Assembly: GCA_015222595.1 (NCBI GenBank)
Contig: JADFVP010000003.1
Location: 1 to 33,273 of the forward strand
Length of the DNA: 33,273 nt
Source: Pseudomonadota bacterium
Lineage (GTDB): Bacteria; Desulfobacterota; GWC2-55-46; JADFVP01
Reading direction: 5' to 3'
The translations under genes and the position numbers were made by a program. The notes under the pieces were generated by a model. The model was not told where the DNA came from, made no database searches, and worked only from the letters and a program-made list of their open reading frames with translations. Positions within the stretch are counted from its first letter, which is position 1; each line of letters begins with the position of its first letter. Below are positions 6,572 to 14,087 of the stretch, in pieces.

Positions 6572-9500
6572 CTAAAAGGTTACGGAGATCGTCTTGGAGA
6601 CTCCGGGCTCCTCCATCGTAACGCCGTAGAGCGAGTCAGCCATCTCCATTGTTCTCTTGGAGTGCGTTATCAGCAGAAACTGGCTTATGTCCGACATCTC
6701 GCGCACAAAGGTGTTGAAACGGTCTATGTTGGCGTCGTCGAGCGGCGCGTCTACCTCGTCCAAGAGGCAGAACGGGCTCGGCTTTATTAAGAAGATAGAG
6801 AAGATGAGCGCCACGGCGGTAAGCGCCTTCTCTCCGCCCGAAAGGAGCACGATGTTCTGGAGCCTCTTTCCCGGAGGCTGCGCCACTATCTCTATTCCGG
6901 CCTCTAACACGTCGGCCTCTTCGTCAAGCCTCAGCTCGGCCTTGCCGCCGTTAAAGAGGCGCGGGAAGTTCTCCTTGAATTTTATGTTGATCTCGTCGAA
7001 GGCGACCTTGAACCGCTCGCGCGTTGTTCTGTTAATTCTCGTTATCGCGCTCTGGAGGCTGTCTACCGATTTTTGCAGATCCTCCTGCTGATCGATTAAG
7101 AAGGTGTGCCGTTCGCTAAGCTCATTGAACTCGGCAAGAGCCGAAAGGCTTACCTCTCCCATGGAGGTGATCTTGTCGCGAAGCTCTGTGCGGCGCGCCT
7201 CCATTGCCTCTGTATCGACCTCTTCTGTTTCATTGGACGGGGCGGTTCCCTCAGCCTCAGCGGTTTCGGTCTCTGCGCCCTCGTTCTGAAGAGTCTGTCT
7301 CTCGATCGCTTCTTTTTGAAAAGCCTCTATATCAACCCCGTACCGCTCTATAATACCTTCTTTAAGATGCGTTATCTTGAGGTCTACCTCGGCTATCGCC
7401 AACGTCAGTTCCGAACTCCGGCTCCGGGAGTTGCTAAGCTCTGAGTTGAGCCGCTTTAACTCCGTATCTATGCCCCTTATCCGCTCCGTGAGACCGTCTA
7501 TCAGTTCCTTGCGCGATATCTCTTCGCCTCTGATCGATTCGGCTCCGCTTAGAAGCTCCTCTATGGAACTCTTTATTGCCTCTACCGCGCCGCGCTTCAA
7601 GAGCGTCTCGGCCCGGCCCGCCTCTATCTCCGTGCTCCTCTTAGCCATTCTCGTATCGACTTCGGTGATGCGCACGCGCTTTTCTCCGAGCTGCGCCTTG
7701 TGCTGCTCGTGCCGCTCGGTAGTCTGCGCAAGCGAGACCTTTAACTCGGTAACTATTGCTGAAAGGCGCTCTTTTTCGGCAGCCATCTCGCGAGTCTCGG
7801 CCCCTATAGCCTCTATCTTGCCGTCGTTATCGAAGTTGTTCCGCTCAAGCGTGTCGCGCTCTTCGCCGTAAGAGGTCTTGTTAACGCCAAGCTCCTCAAT
7901 ACGGACTCTTGCAGACTCTATTCCCGTTCCAAGCCTCTCTTTAGCACTCTCTAGCCGCGCTATCTCCTCCTCTGCGGCCCTCAGTTCGGCAGATGAGTTT
8001 ACGCCCTCTATCTCAATGGCATGGAGCCTCTCTTTAACGGCCTCTAGTCCGGCGCGCACCTCTGTTACTTCGTCTGCGGTAATGGAGAGGTCGCCCGAAA
8101 GGCGTACGGTCTCAAGCGCCAGTTCGGCTTCGCGCTCTTTTATCGCCCGAACCTCGCTCTTTCTCTGCAGAAGCCCGCCCGTGGCCTCGGTGGAAGCCGT
8201 CTCTCCTGAAGTTTCGGTGGCATCACCACCGGTAATAATTCCTTCAGGGGTTACCACCTCGCCCGCGCGCGTAACGATGGTTCTGTACAGACCCTCCTCG
8301 CTCCAGATGTCGAGCGCTGTGGCAAGATCGTCAACCACGAGTGTTGCGCCCATGAGCGACTCTACCACCCCGGCGTACCCCTCCTTGACCTTTATCTCCC
8401 CGAAAAGCTCCCTTGCGGTATTCGCAGCAACGGCGCCGAGCGCAGTTGCGGCCAATACAGGCAGCGCCCGGGCCTCGCGTACGGAGACAAAAGCGGAGCG
8501 TCCGCCTGAAGAACTTTTGAGGTACTCTATCGCTTCGAGCCCCTCTTTATTGGACTCGACTATTACGCACTGGAGCCGTGAACCCATAGCGGCCTCAACA
8601 GCGCGTTCGAAGCCGGGGTTCGGCTCTATGACGTCGGCCAAGAGACCATGAATGCCCTCTGTGCCGGCCTTCTGCATAATAGATCTCGTGCCCTTGTCCA
8701 CATTGGCAAAATTCTTCTCCATCTCCTCTAGCGTAGACAGACGCGCAGCAGCCCTTGCGTGAGAGTCCTTCACCTCTACCAGTTCCTCTTCGAGCCCGCT
8801 CTTTCTGGCCTCGGTAGAGGCAAGCTCTACGGTCTTCGACTGAAGCTCGGTCTCGGCCCCGGCCCTTCTCTCAGAGATCTCCTCGGCCCCGAACCTGAGC
8901 TTGGCTGCCGGAACCTGTAGCTCGGCACACTCATTCGTCCGCGCCTCAAGCTCTATTTCCGCCTGCGCTCTTGTTACCCGGCACTGCTCCTCTTCCTTTA
9001 TACAGTTCTGGATAGCGTGCCTCAAGTCTTGCAGGCGGGTCATAACGGAGAGCGACTCGGCCTTGCACTCAGCCTCTTCTCTCTCCTTGTCCCTCAGCCG
9101 CCCGGAGAGGCCGTCGAGTTCCGCGCTCTTTTGGCCTACAACGCGTTCCTCGTTCTCTATGCGCTCTGCGCCCTCTGCAATGAAGCCCTCGCCATCTACT
9201 ATCTCGCGCTCCGTGGACTCCTTGAGCCTCATAAGCTCTTCTATCTCCGCACCGAGGCGCGTTTCGTTGCGCCCAAGCTCCTCTATGCGCATTAGCGCTA
9301 ACGCGCTCGTATTCTCTTCGTCCTGTATCTTCTTCTCCAGGCTGTGCACGCGCTCCTTGACGGCCCTGAAGCCCTCTTCTTCGAGCGTATAGCTCTCGCG
9401 CGACTCTTCGCTCTCGACCTCTTTGGTTCCGATGGCGGAGTGGAGGGCGAGTTCTCCGTCGGAAATTCCGGCAAGGCTCTTTCTGCTCTCTTCCAGCGCC

Positions 9501-10225
9501 TCGATCATGCGAACGAACTCGAAGCTAGAGAACTGCAGGTCTATCTCCTTCAGCTCCTCTTTTACCACCTTGTACCGCTCGGCCTTCTTGGCCTGACGGT
9601 TGAGCGAATTGAGCTGCCGCTTGACCTCGCTTACGATATCGGACACGCGCGTTAAGTTCTCGGCAGTGGCTTTGAGCCTACGAAGCGCGGCCTCCTTCTT
9701 CTGCTTGTACTTGTTTATTCCGGCGGCCTCTTCAAACAAGACCCTGCGCTCGATCGGCTTGGCGTTTACCAGCCACCCGACCTGCCCCTGCTCTATAATA
9801 GAGTAGGCGCGGGTTCCGATGCCCGTATCGGTAAACAGCTCTACGATGTCGCGAAGCCTGCACTGAACCTTGTTTATGCCGTACTCAGAGTCTCCTGAGC
9901 GGTAGAGGCGGCGTGATATTTCTATTTCGGGAAAGTTGGCAAAGCGCGCGGGCGCGCGCCCCTCTTTATTGGAAAATGTAAGGACTACCTCGGCCATGCC
10001 GACGGGTTTGCGACCTTCGGAGCCGTTGAAGATAATATCTTCCATGTTCTTGCCGCGCAGATGGCGCGCGTTCTGCTCGCCTATAACCCAGCGAATAGCG
10101 TCTACGACATTGCTCTTGCCGCAGCCGTTGGGGCCGATTATAGCGGAAGTGCCGCTTGCAAATGTTAGGGTAGTCTTGTCTGCAAAGGATTTGAAGCCGT
10201 TAAGCGTAATCTTTTTTATCCTCAT
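6572..10225 (-). CDS. smc: chromosome segregation ATPase SMC
   Basis: The 1217-aa protein has an N-terminal Walker A (GPNGCGKSNVVDA), long coiled-coil arms and a central hinge. The C-terminus carries the ABC signature LSGGEKALTAVAL and Walker B LLDEVDAPLD. Confidence 0.97.
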   Translation of the reverse strand: MRIKKITLNGFKSFADKTTLTFASGTSAIIGPNGCGKSNVVDAIRWVIGEQNARHLRGKNMEDIIFNGSEGRKPVGMAEVVLTFSNKEGRAPARFANFPEIEISRRLYRSGDSEYGINKVQCRLRDIVELFTDTGIGTRAYSIIEQGQVGWLVNAKPIERRVLFEEAAGINKYKQKKEAALRRLKATAENLTRVSDIVSEVKRQLNSLNRQAKKAERYKVVKEELKEIDLQFSSFEFVRMIEALEESRKSLAGISDGELALHSAIGTKEVESEESRESYTLEEEGFRAVKERVHSLEKKIQDEENTSALALMRIEELGRNETRLGAEIEELMRLKESTEREIVDGEGFIAEGAERIENEERVVGQKSAELDGLSGRLRDKEREEAECKAESLSVMTRLQDLRHAIQNCIKEEEQCRVTRAQAEIELEARTNECAELQVPAAKLRFGAEEISERRAGAETELQSKTVELASTEARKSGLEEELVEVKDSHARAAARLSTLEEMEKNFANVDKGTRSIMQKAGTEGIHGLLADVIEPNPGFERAVEAAMGSRLQCVIVESNKEGLEAIEYLKSSSGGRSAFVSVREARALPVLAATALGAVAANTARELFGEIKVKEGYAGVVESLMGATLVVDDLATALDIWSEEGLYRTIVTRAGEVVTPEGIITGGDATETSGETASTEATGGLLQRKSEVRAIKEREAELALETVRLSGDLSITADEVTEVRAGLEAVKERLHAIEIEGVNSSAELRAAEEEIARLESAKERLGTGIESARVRIEELGVNKTSYGEERDTLERNNFDNDGKIEAIGAETREMAAEKERLSAIVTELKVSLAQTTERHEQHKAQLGEKRVRITEVDTRMAKRSTEIEAGRAETLLKRGAVEAIKSSIEELLSGAESIRGEEISRKELIDGLTERIRGIDTELKRLNSELSNSRSRSSELTLAIAEVDLKITHLKEGIIERYGVDIEAFQKEAIERQTLQNEGAETETAEAEGTAPSNETEEVDTEAMEARRTELRDKITSMGEVSLSALAEFNELSERHTFLIDQQEDLQKSVDSLQSAITRINRTTRERFKVAFDEINIKFKENFPRLFNGGKAELRLDEEADVLEAGIEIVAQPPGKRLQNIVLLSGGEKALTAVALIFSIFLIKPSPFCLLDEVDAPLDDANIDRFNTFVREMSDISQFLLITHSKRTMEMADSLYGVTMEEPGVSKTISVTF

Positions 10226-10368
10226 TCAGTATCCTTTGGTGTCGTTTTAACTCTTTTTGCCCGTTACAGACAGTATTGTCAATACGTCGATAGTTCCGAG
10301 TGTCCGGCTGGGCCGGTGTCGAGCCCCGTACCCCTTAACCCTTTAGAAGATAAAGCCGACCAGATGAG

Positions 10369-10377
10369 ATTATACCA
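10369..10377 (-). promoter_or_regulatory. extended -10 promoter candidate upstream of smc
   Basis: The minus strand reads TGGTATAAT (TGn + TATAAT). This would give a leader of about 135 nt before the smc ATG at 10225. Confidence 0.35.
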
Positions 10378-10677
10378 TAAGAGGGTGCAACCCGGAAAGA
10401 GAGCAGTGCCTTGGCCCTCTAAATAGAGTATGGCCTACACTGCCCCGAACTGTAGCAGAGTTGACCCTGTTTGTAAAGCGAAAACGCAAGGTGGAGTGGT
10501 ATATTTAATAAATAAATACCATATGTAGGGTTTGGGGCCACAAAGCTCTTTCGAAGCTCTTGGGCGCAACCCGCCAGTTTAACGGAGAAAAAAAGGGTGC
10601 GCGGCATGAAACAGAGGCGAAGGGCGAGGAGCGCCGGGGGGTGAAAAGAGACTCTTTTCACACCCCCCTGTCTGCAG

Positions 10678-10899
10678 ATGGCTGGAAAGTTGGTTCTCAT
10701 AGAAAAAACCGCAGATGGCGACCATATTAACAATAACCGAAGGTCTACAAAATGGCTGAAAAGTTGGTTCTCATAGAAAAGACCGGGAAATGGCAACAAT
10801 GCAAACAAGCAACTGAGTGCATAAAAGACCAAAGAAGATAATTCTCATAAAAAAGACCCCCTCCGGGTGCGTGGAGGGGGTCTTTTTTACTTATCTGTT
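10678..10899. repeat. tandem array with exact 74-bp period (3 units, third unit carries the ppdK terminator)
   Basis: The core TTCTCATA(G/A)AAAA(A/G)ACC occurs at 10694, 10768 and 10842. The first 34 nt of units 1 and 2 are 32/34 identical, and the rest of each unit has diverged. Confidence 0.75.
10847..10889 (-). terminator. Rho-independent (bidirectional-looking) terminator of ppdK
   Basis: A 10-bp GC-rich stem (GACCCCCTCC / GGAGGGGGTC) is flanked by an A-run and a T-run. It lies 33 nt downstream of the ppdK stop. Confidence 0.8.
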
Positions 10900-10921
10900 T
10901 GTTACCTGCTTAAGCTCGGTG

Positions 10922-13612
10922 CTACCTCGGGTACTTTATCGCGGACTGCGCGGCCGAGAGGCGAGCGATAGGAACCCTGAAAGGCGAGCAGGAGACGTAG
11001 TCGAAGCCGTTTCTGTGGCAGAACTCCACTGAGACCGGGTCTCCGCCGTGCTCTCCGCAGATACCGACCTTGAGGCCCGGCTTGGCGGACCGGCCCTTCT
11101 CTATTCCCATCTGTATCAGCAACCCGACGCCCTCGGTGTCGAGCGACTGAAAGGGGTCGGCGGCCAGAATGCCCGTGCTCTTCTCGTCTACATACTCGGG
11201 CAAAAAGCGTCCCGAGTCGTCTCTCGACATGCCGAGCGTCATCTGCGTAAGGTCGTTGGTGCCGAAGCTGAAGAAGTCTGCCTCCGCCGCCACCTTGTCG
11301 GCCAGGAGCGCGGCTCTTGGAACCTCTATCATCGTACCGACCTTAAAGTCTACTCTAATGCCCTTCTCCTCCATAACGGCCTCGGCAACGGCGCGGGTTC
11401 TGTCGGCCAGTATCTTAAGCTCTTTGGCGTCTATAACAAGAGGGATCATAATTTCGGGCAGCACCTCTATCTTCTTCTCTTTACACTCGCACGCCGCCTC
11501 TATTATGGCGCGCACCTGCATCTCAAGAATTTCCGGGTAGCTTATACTGAGGCGCGAGCCTCTGTGCCCGAGCATCGGGTTCGACTCGTGGAGCCTGTCC
11601 ACCCTGCGCTTTACCGTCTTGAAGGAGAGGCCCACGACCTGGGCCAGATGCTTCTGGTCGGCCTCGGTATGCGGCACGAACTCGTGGAGCGGCGGGTCTA
11701 ACAACCTGATAGTAACCGGCTTTCCGGCCATAGCCCTCAATATTCCGATAAAGTCGAGCCTCTGGAAGGGAAGCAGCACGTCGAGCGCGCTTCTTCTGGT
11801 CTCTTCGTCCCCGGCGACTATCATCCTCTGTATTGCCGTTCTGCGCTCGTCGGTATCGAAGAACATATGCTCGGTACGGCAAAGCCCTATGCCCTCGGCC
11901 CCGAGCTTTATACCCTTTTCGGCGTCATAAGGGGTATCTACGTTGGTTCTTACCTTTAGGTCGCGGAGCTCGTCCGACCACTCCATAATAGAGTCGAAGG
12001 AGTCGGGCAGCTCTGGCTCTTTGAGCTTAAGCGCGCCTAAGAAGACCTCTCCGGAAGAGCCGTTCAGCGTTACCTCGTCGCCCTCTTTGACGACCGCCTC
12101 TCCGACGGTGACCGTCTTGGTCTCGTAATCGATAATAAGATCTTCGCAGCCGACTATGCAGCACTTGCCCCACCCGCGAGCAACAACGGCCGCGTGCGAG
12201 GTCTTGCCCCCTGTAGCGGTGAGTATGCCTCTTGCGGCATGCATGCCGCCGACGTCTTCAGGGCTGGTCTCCTGCCTGACGAGTATCACCTGCCTGCCCT
12301 CGGCGGTCCACGCCTCGGCCTCCTTGGCGGTAAAGACCACCGCGCCCGAAGCTGCCCCGGGAACGGCTGCTATGCCCGTGGCAAAGCGGTCGCTCTTAAG
12401 GTCGTCTTGCGAGATGGACGGGTCTATTACCGGGTAGAAGAGCCCCTCTATGTCGGAGGCCGTAATACGACTGACCGCTTCGGCGCGGGTTATAAGCCCC
12501 TCGCCCTCCATAGCGACGGCCATCTCAAAGGCGGCCATCGGGCTTCTCTTGCCGGCTCTGCACTGGAGTATAAAGAGCTTGCCCTCCTCTATGGTAAACT
12601 CTATGTCCTGCATGTCTTTATAGTGCTTTTCGAGCTTCGATCTCACGTCGAGCAGCTGCTCATACGCTGCAGGCATGATCGTGCCGAGTTCGCCCAGATG
12701 GAGCGGCGTTCTTATGCCAGCCACCACGTCCTCGCCCTGCGCGTTCATCAGAAGGTCTCCGTAGAAGATATCCTCTCCCGTGTTCGGGTCTCTCGTAAAG
12801 CAGACCCCGGTGCCCGAAGTCTCGCCCATGTTGCCAAAGACCATCTGCACAATGGAGACGCCCGTGCCCAAAAGGCCTGTAATTCCCTCTACCCTGCGGT
12901 AGGTAATGGCCTTTTCCGCCATCCAAGACTCAATTACGGCATCTATCGAACCCCAGAGCTGCTCGGTCGGGCCTTGCGGGAACTCCTCGTGGGCGTTCTC
13001 CTTGTAGACCTTCTTGAGCCTGTCTATCAGCTCGTCGAGTTCCTCGTCATTGACGTCGGTATCGAGTATCGAGCCGCCGGGCGCCTTGTTGAGGCGCACG
13101 CGGGTCATGCGTTGTTTAATGTCGTCGAACTCTATGTCGAACTTGTGCCGGTCTATTCCCTTGGCGGTCGTGCCGTACATAAGTATAAAACGGCGGTAGG
13201 CGTCGAGCGCAAAGCGGCGGTTACCGGTCTTCTTAGCGAGCCCTTCAACCGACTTGTCGTTTAGTCCGAGGTTTAGAATGGTCTCCATCATGCCGGGCAT
13301 GGACTGGGCCGCACCGGAGCGCACTGAGATGAGGAGCGGGTCGTCGGGGTCGCCGAGACGCTTGTCCGCTATCTTTTCGAGAGCCTTTATATTCTCCTCG
13401 ACGCTCTCTTTAAAGCCCTCAGGATAACCGTGTTCGTTCTTATAATAGTAGTCGCAGACCTCTGTGGTCACGGTAAAGCCGGCCGGAACCGGCAGACCAA
13501 TGTTCGTCATCTCGGCAAGCCCGGCGCCTTTGCCGCCGAGCAGCGTCTTCATATCTCCCTTGCCCTCGGCACGACCCCCACCGAAAAAGTAGACATACTT
13601 CTTGCTTGACAT
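10922..13612 (-). CDS. ppdK: pyruvate, phosphate dikinase
   Basis: The 896-aa protein has an N-terminal ATP-grasp (LLGGKGAGLAEM) and the central phospho-His motif GGKTSHAAVVARG. The C-terminal PEP-utilising barrel is present (GICGEHGGDP, CSPFRVPIARLAAAQ-like tail). Confidence 0.97.
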   Translation of the reverse strand: MSSKKYVYFFGGGRAEGKGDMKTLLGGKGAGLAEMTNIGLPVPAGFTVTTEVCDYYYKNEHGYPEGFKESVEENIKALEKIADKRLGDPDDPLLISVRSGAAQSMPGMMETILNLGLNDKSVEGLAKKTGNRRFALDAYRRFILMYGTTAKGIDRHKFDIEFDDIKQRMTRVRLNKAPGGSILDTDVNDEELDELIDRLKKVYKENAHEEFPQGPTEQLWGSIDAVIESWMAEKAITYRRVEGITGLLGTGVSIVQMVFGNMGETSGTGVCFTRDPNTGEDIFYGDLLMNAQGEDVVAGIRTPLHLGELGTIMPAAYEQLLDVRSKLEKHYKDMQDIEFTIEEGKLFILQCRAGKRSPMAAFEMAVAMEGEGLITRAEAVSRITASDIEGLFYPVIDPSISQDDLKSDRFATGIAAVPGAASGAVVFTAKEAEAWTAEGRQVILVRQETSPEDVGGMHAARGILTATGGKTSHAAVVARGWGKCCIVGCEDLIIDYETKTVTVGEAVVKEGDEVTLNGSSGEVFLGALKLKEPELPDSFDSIMEWSDELRDLKVRTNVDTPYDAEKGIKLGAEGIGLCRTEHMFFDTDERRTAIQRMIVAGDEETRRSALDVLLPFQRLDFIGILRAMAGKPVTIRLLDPPLHEFVPHTEADQKHLAQVVGLSFKTVKRRVDRLHESNPMLGHRGSRLSISYPEILEMQVRAIIEAACECKEKKIEVLPEIMIPLVIDAKELKILADRTRAVAEAVMEEKGIRVDFKVGTMIEVPRAALLADKVAAEADFFSFGTNDLTQMTLGMSRDDSGRFLPEYVDEKSTGILAADPFQSLDTEGVGLLIQMGIEKGRSAKPGLKVGICGEHGGDPVSVEFCHRNGFDYVSCSPFRVPIARLSAAQSAIKYPR

Positions 13613-13959
13613 ACACCCCCCCAGAGTTCTTTCAATTATTGTAGGTTGACTGGTACGAAACGGGTTAAGTATCTAAAATAAAAAGTATTAATGCGTGTAC
13701 ACAACCGTACGGCCCTCCCTGCACGGCTCCCGTCCGACCGGCCTGAAAGAAGGCCTGAAAGAGGGCGCGAAAGTGCGGGGTAATCTACTCCGTACGGATA
13801 CAAAAACTCTAACAAATCTGCTCCGCTTTGTCACCAGATTTATTGGCATATTGGCTAATAAATCTGGCTTTCTCTCTTCTTTTTATCAAAGAGCCCGGAA
13901 CCCGGGAAAAGAGCCTTACACCAGAGCGCAAAATTGCACGCCGCCCGGAGTTAATCTCC

Positions 13960-13988
13960 TTGACTCTGCACCTAAAGGGCCATATTAT
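13960..13988 (+). promoter_or_regulatory. sigma-70 promoter candidate for gyrA
   Basis: The box is TTGACT-N17-TATTAT, about 100 nt upstream of the gyrA ATG. Confidence 0.55.
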
Positions 13989-14087
13989 AGAAAGTCGTTA
14001 TAACAAGGCTTAGCGGGACACATGAGAATGTACCGCCCTCTTTCCGGATTCAACCGGCAAGCACACATCACCCCTTTCGGAGAACAG

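Noticed and set aside
6657-9806. A series of plus-strand ORFs antisense to smc, including 7878..8651 (257 aa) and 8901..9392.
   Set aside because: These Ser/Ala/Arg-rich translations mirror the Glu/Leu/Arg-rich coiled coil of SMC and are shadow frames.
10290-10420. Short resemblances to RNase P RNA and SRP RNA motifs (GTGTCCGGCTGGGCC; GGGTGCAACCCGGAAAGAGAGCAGTGCC).
   Set aside because: Only fragmentary similarity is present. The universally conserved blocks I remember are missing on both strands: GAGGAAAGUCCGGGC and GGUAAGAGCGCACC for RNase P, and the GGAA-closed domain IV helix for SRP. This region also overlaps the likely smc promoter and leader. An Rfam scan would settle the question.
10419-10832. 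A 137-aa minus-strand ORF in the ppdK-smc gap.
   Set aside because: It spans the tandem repeats and hairpins, has no Shine-Dalgarno sequence and has no recognisable domain. Its Leu/Phe/Cys/Pro-rich composition is not convincingly protein-like.
10678-10899. The tandem arrays here and at 16588..16780 and 24599..24792 as CRISPR arrays.
   Set aside because: The units are contiguous or degenerate rather than identical repeats separated by unique spacers. Copy numbers are only 2-3, and no cas genes are in the window.
12194-13264. A 356-aa ORF antisense to ppdK, plus ORFs at 11048..11701 and 11523..11882.
   Set aside because: These are shadow ORFs inside an unambiguous, full-length ppdK. They have no recognisable domains and their composition looks like an artefact.
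13695-14013. 102-aa and 61-aa plus-strand ORFs in the ppdK/gyrA intergenic region.
   Set aside because: They use GTG or weak starts without a Shine-Dalgarno sequence, run straight through the predicted gyrA promoter, and have no protein-like features.
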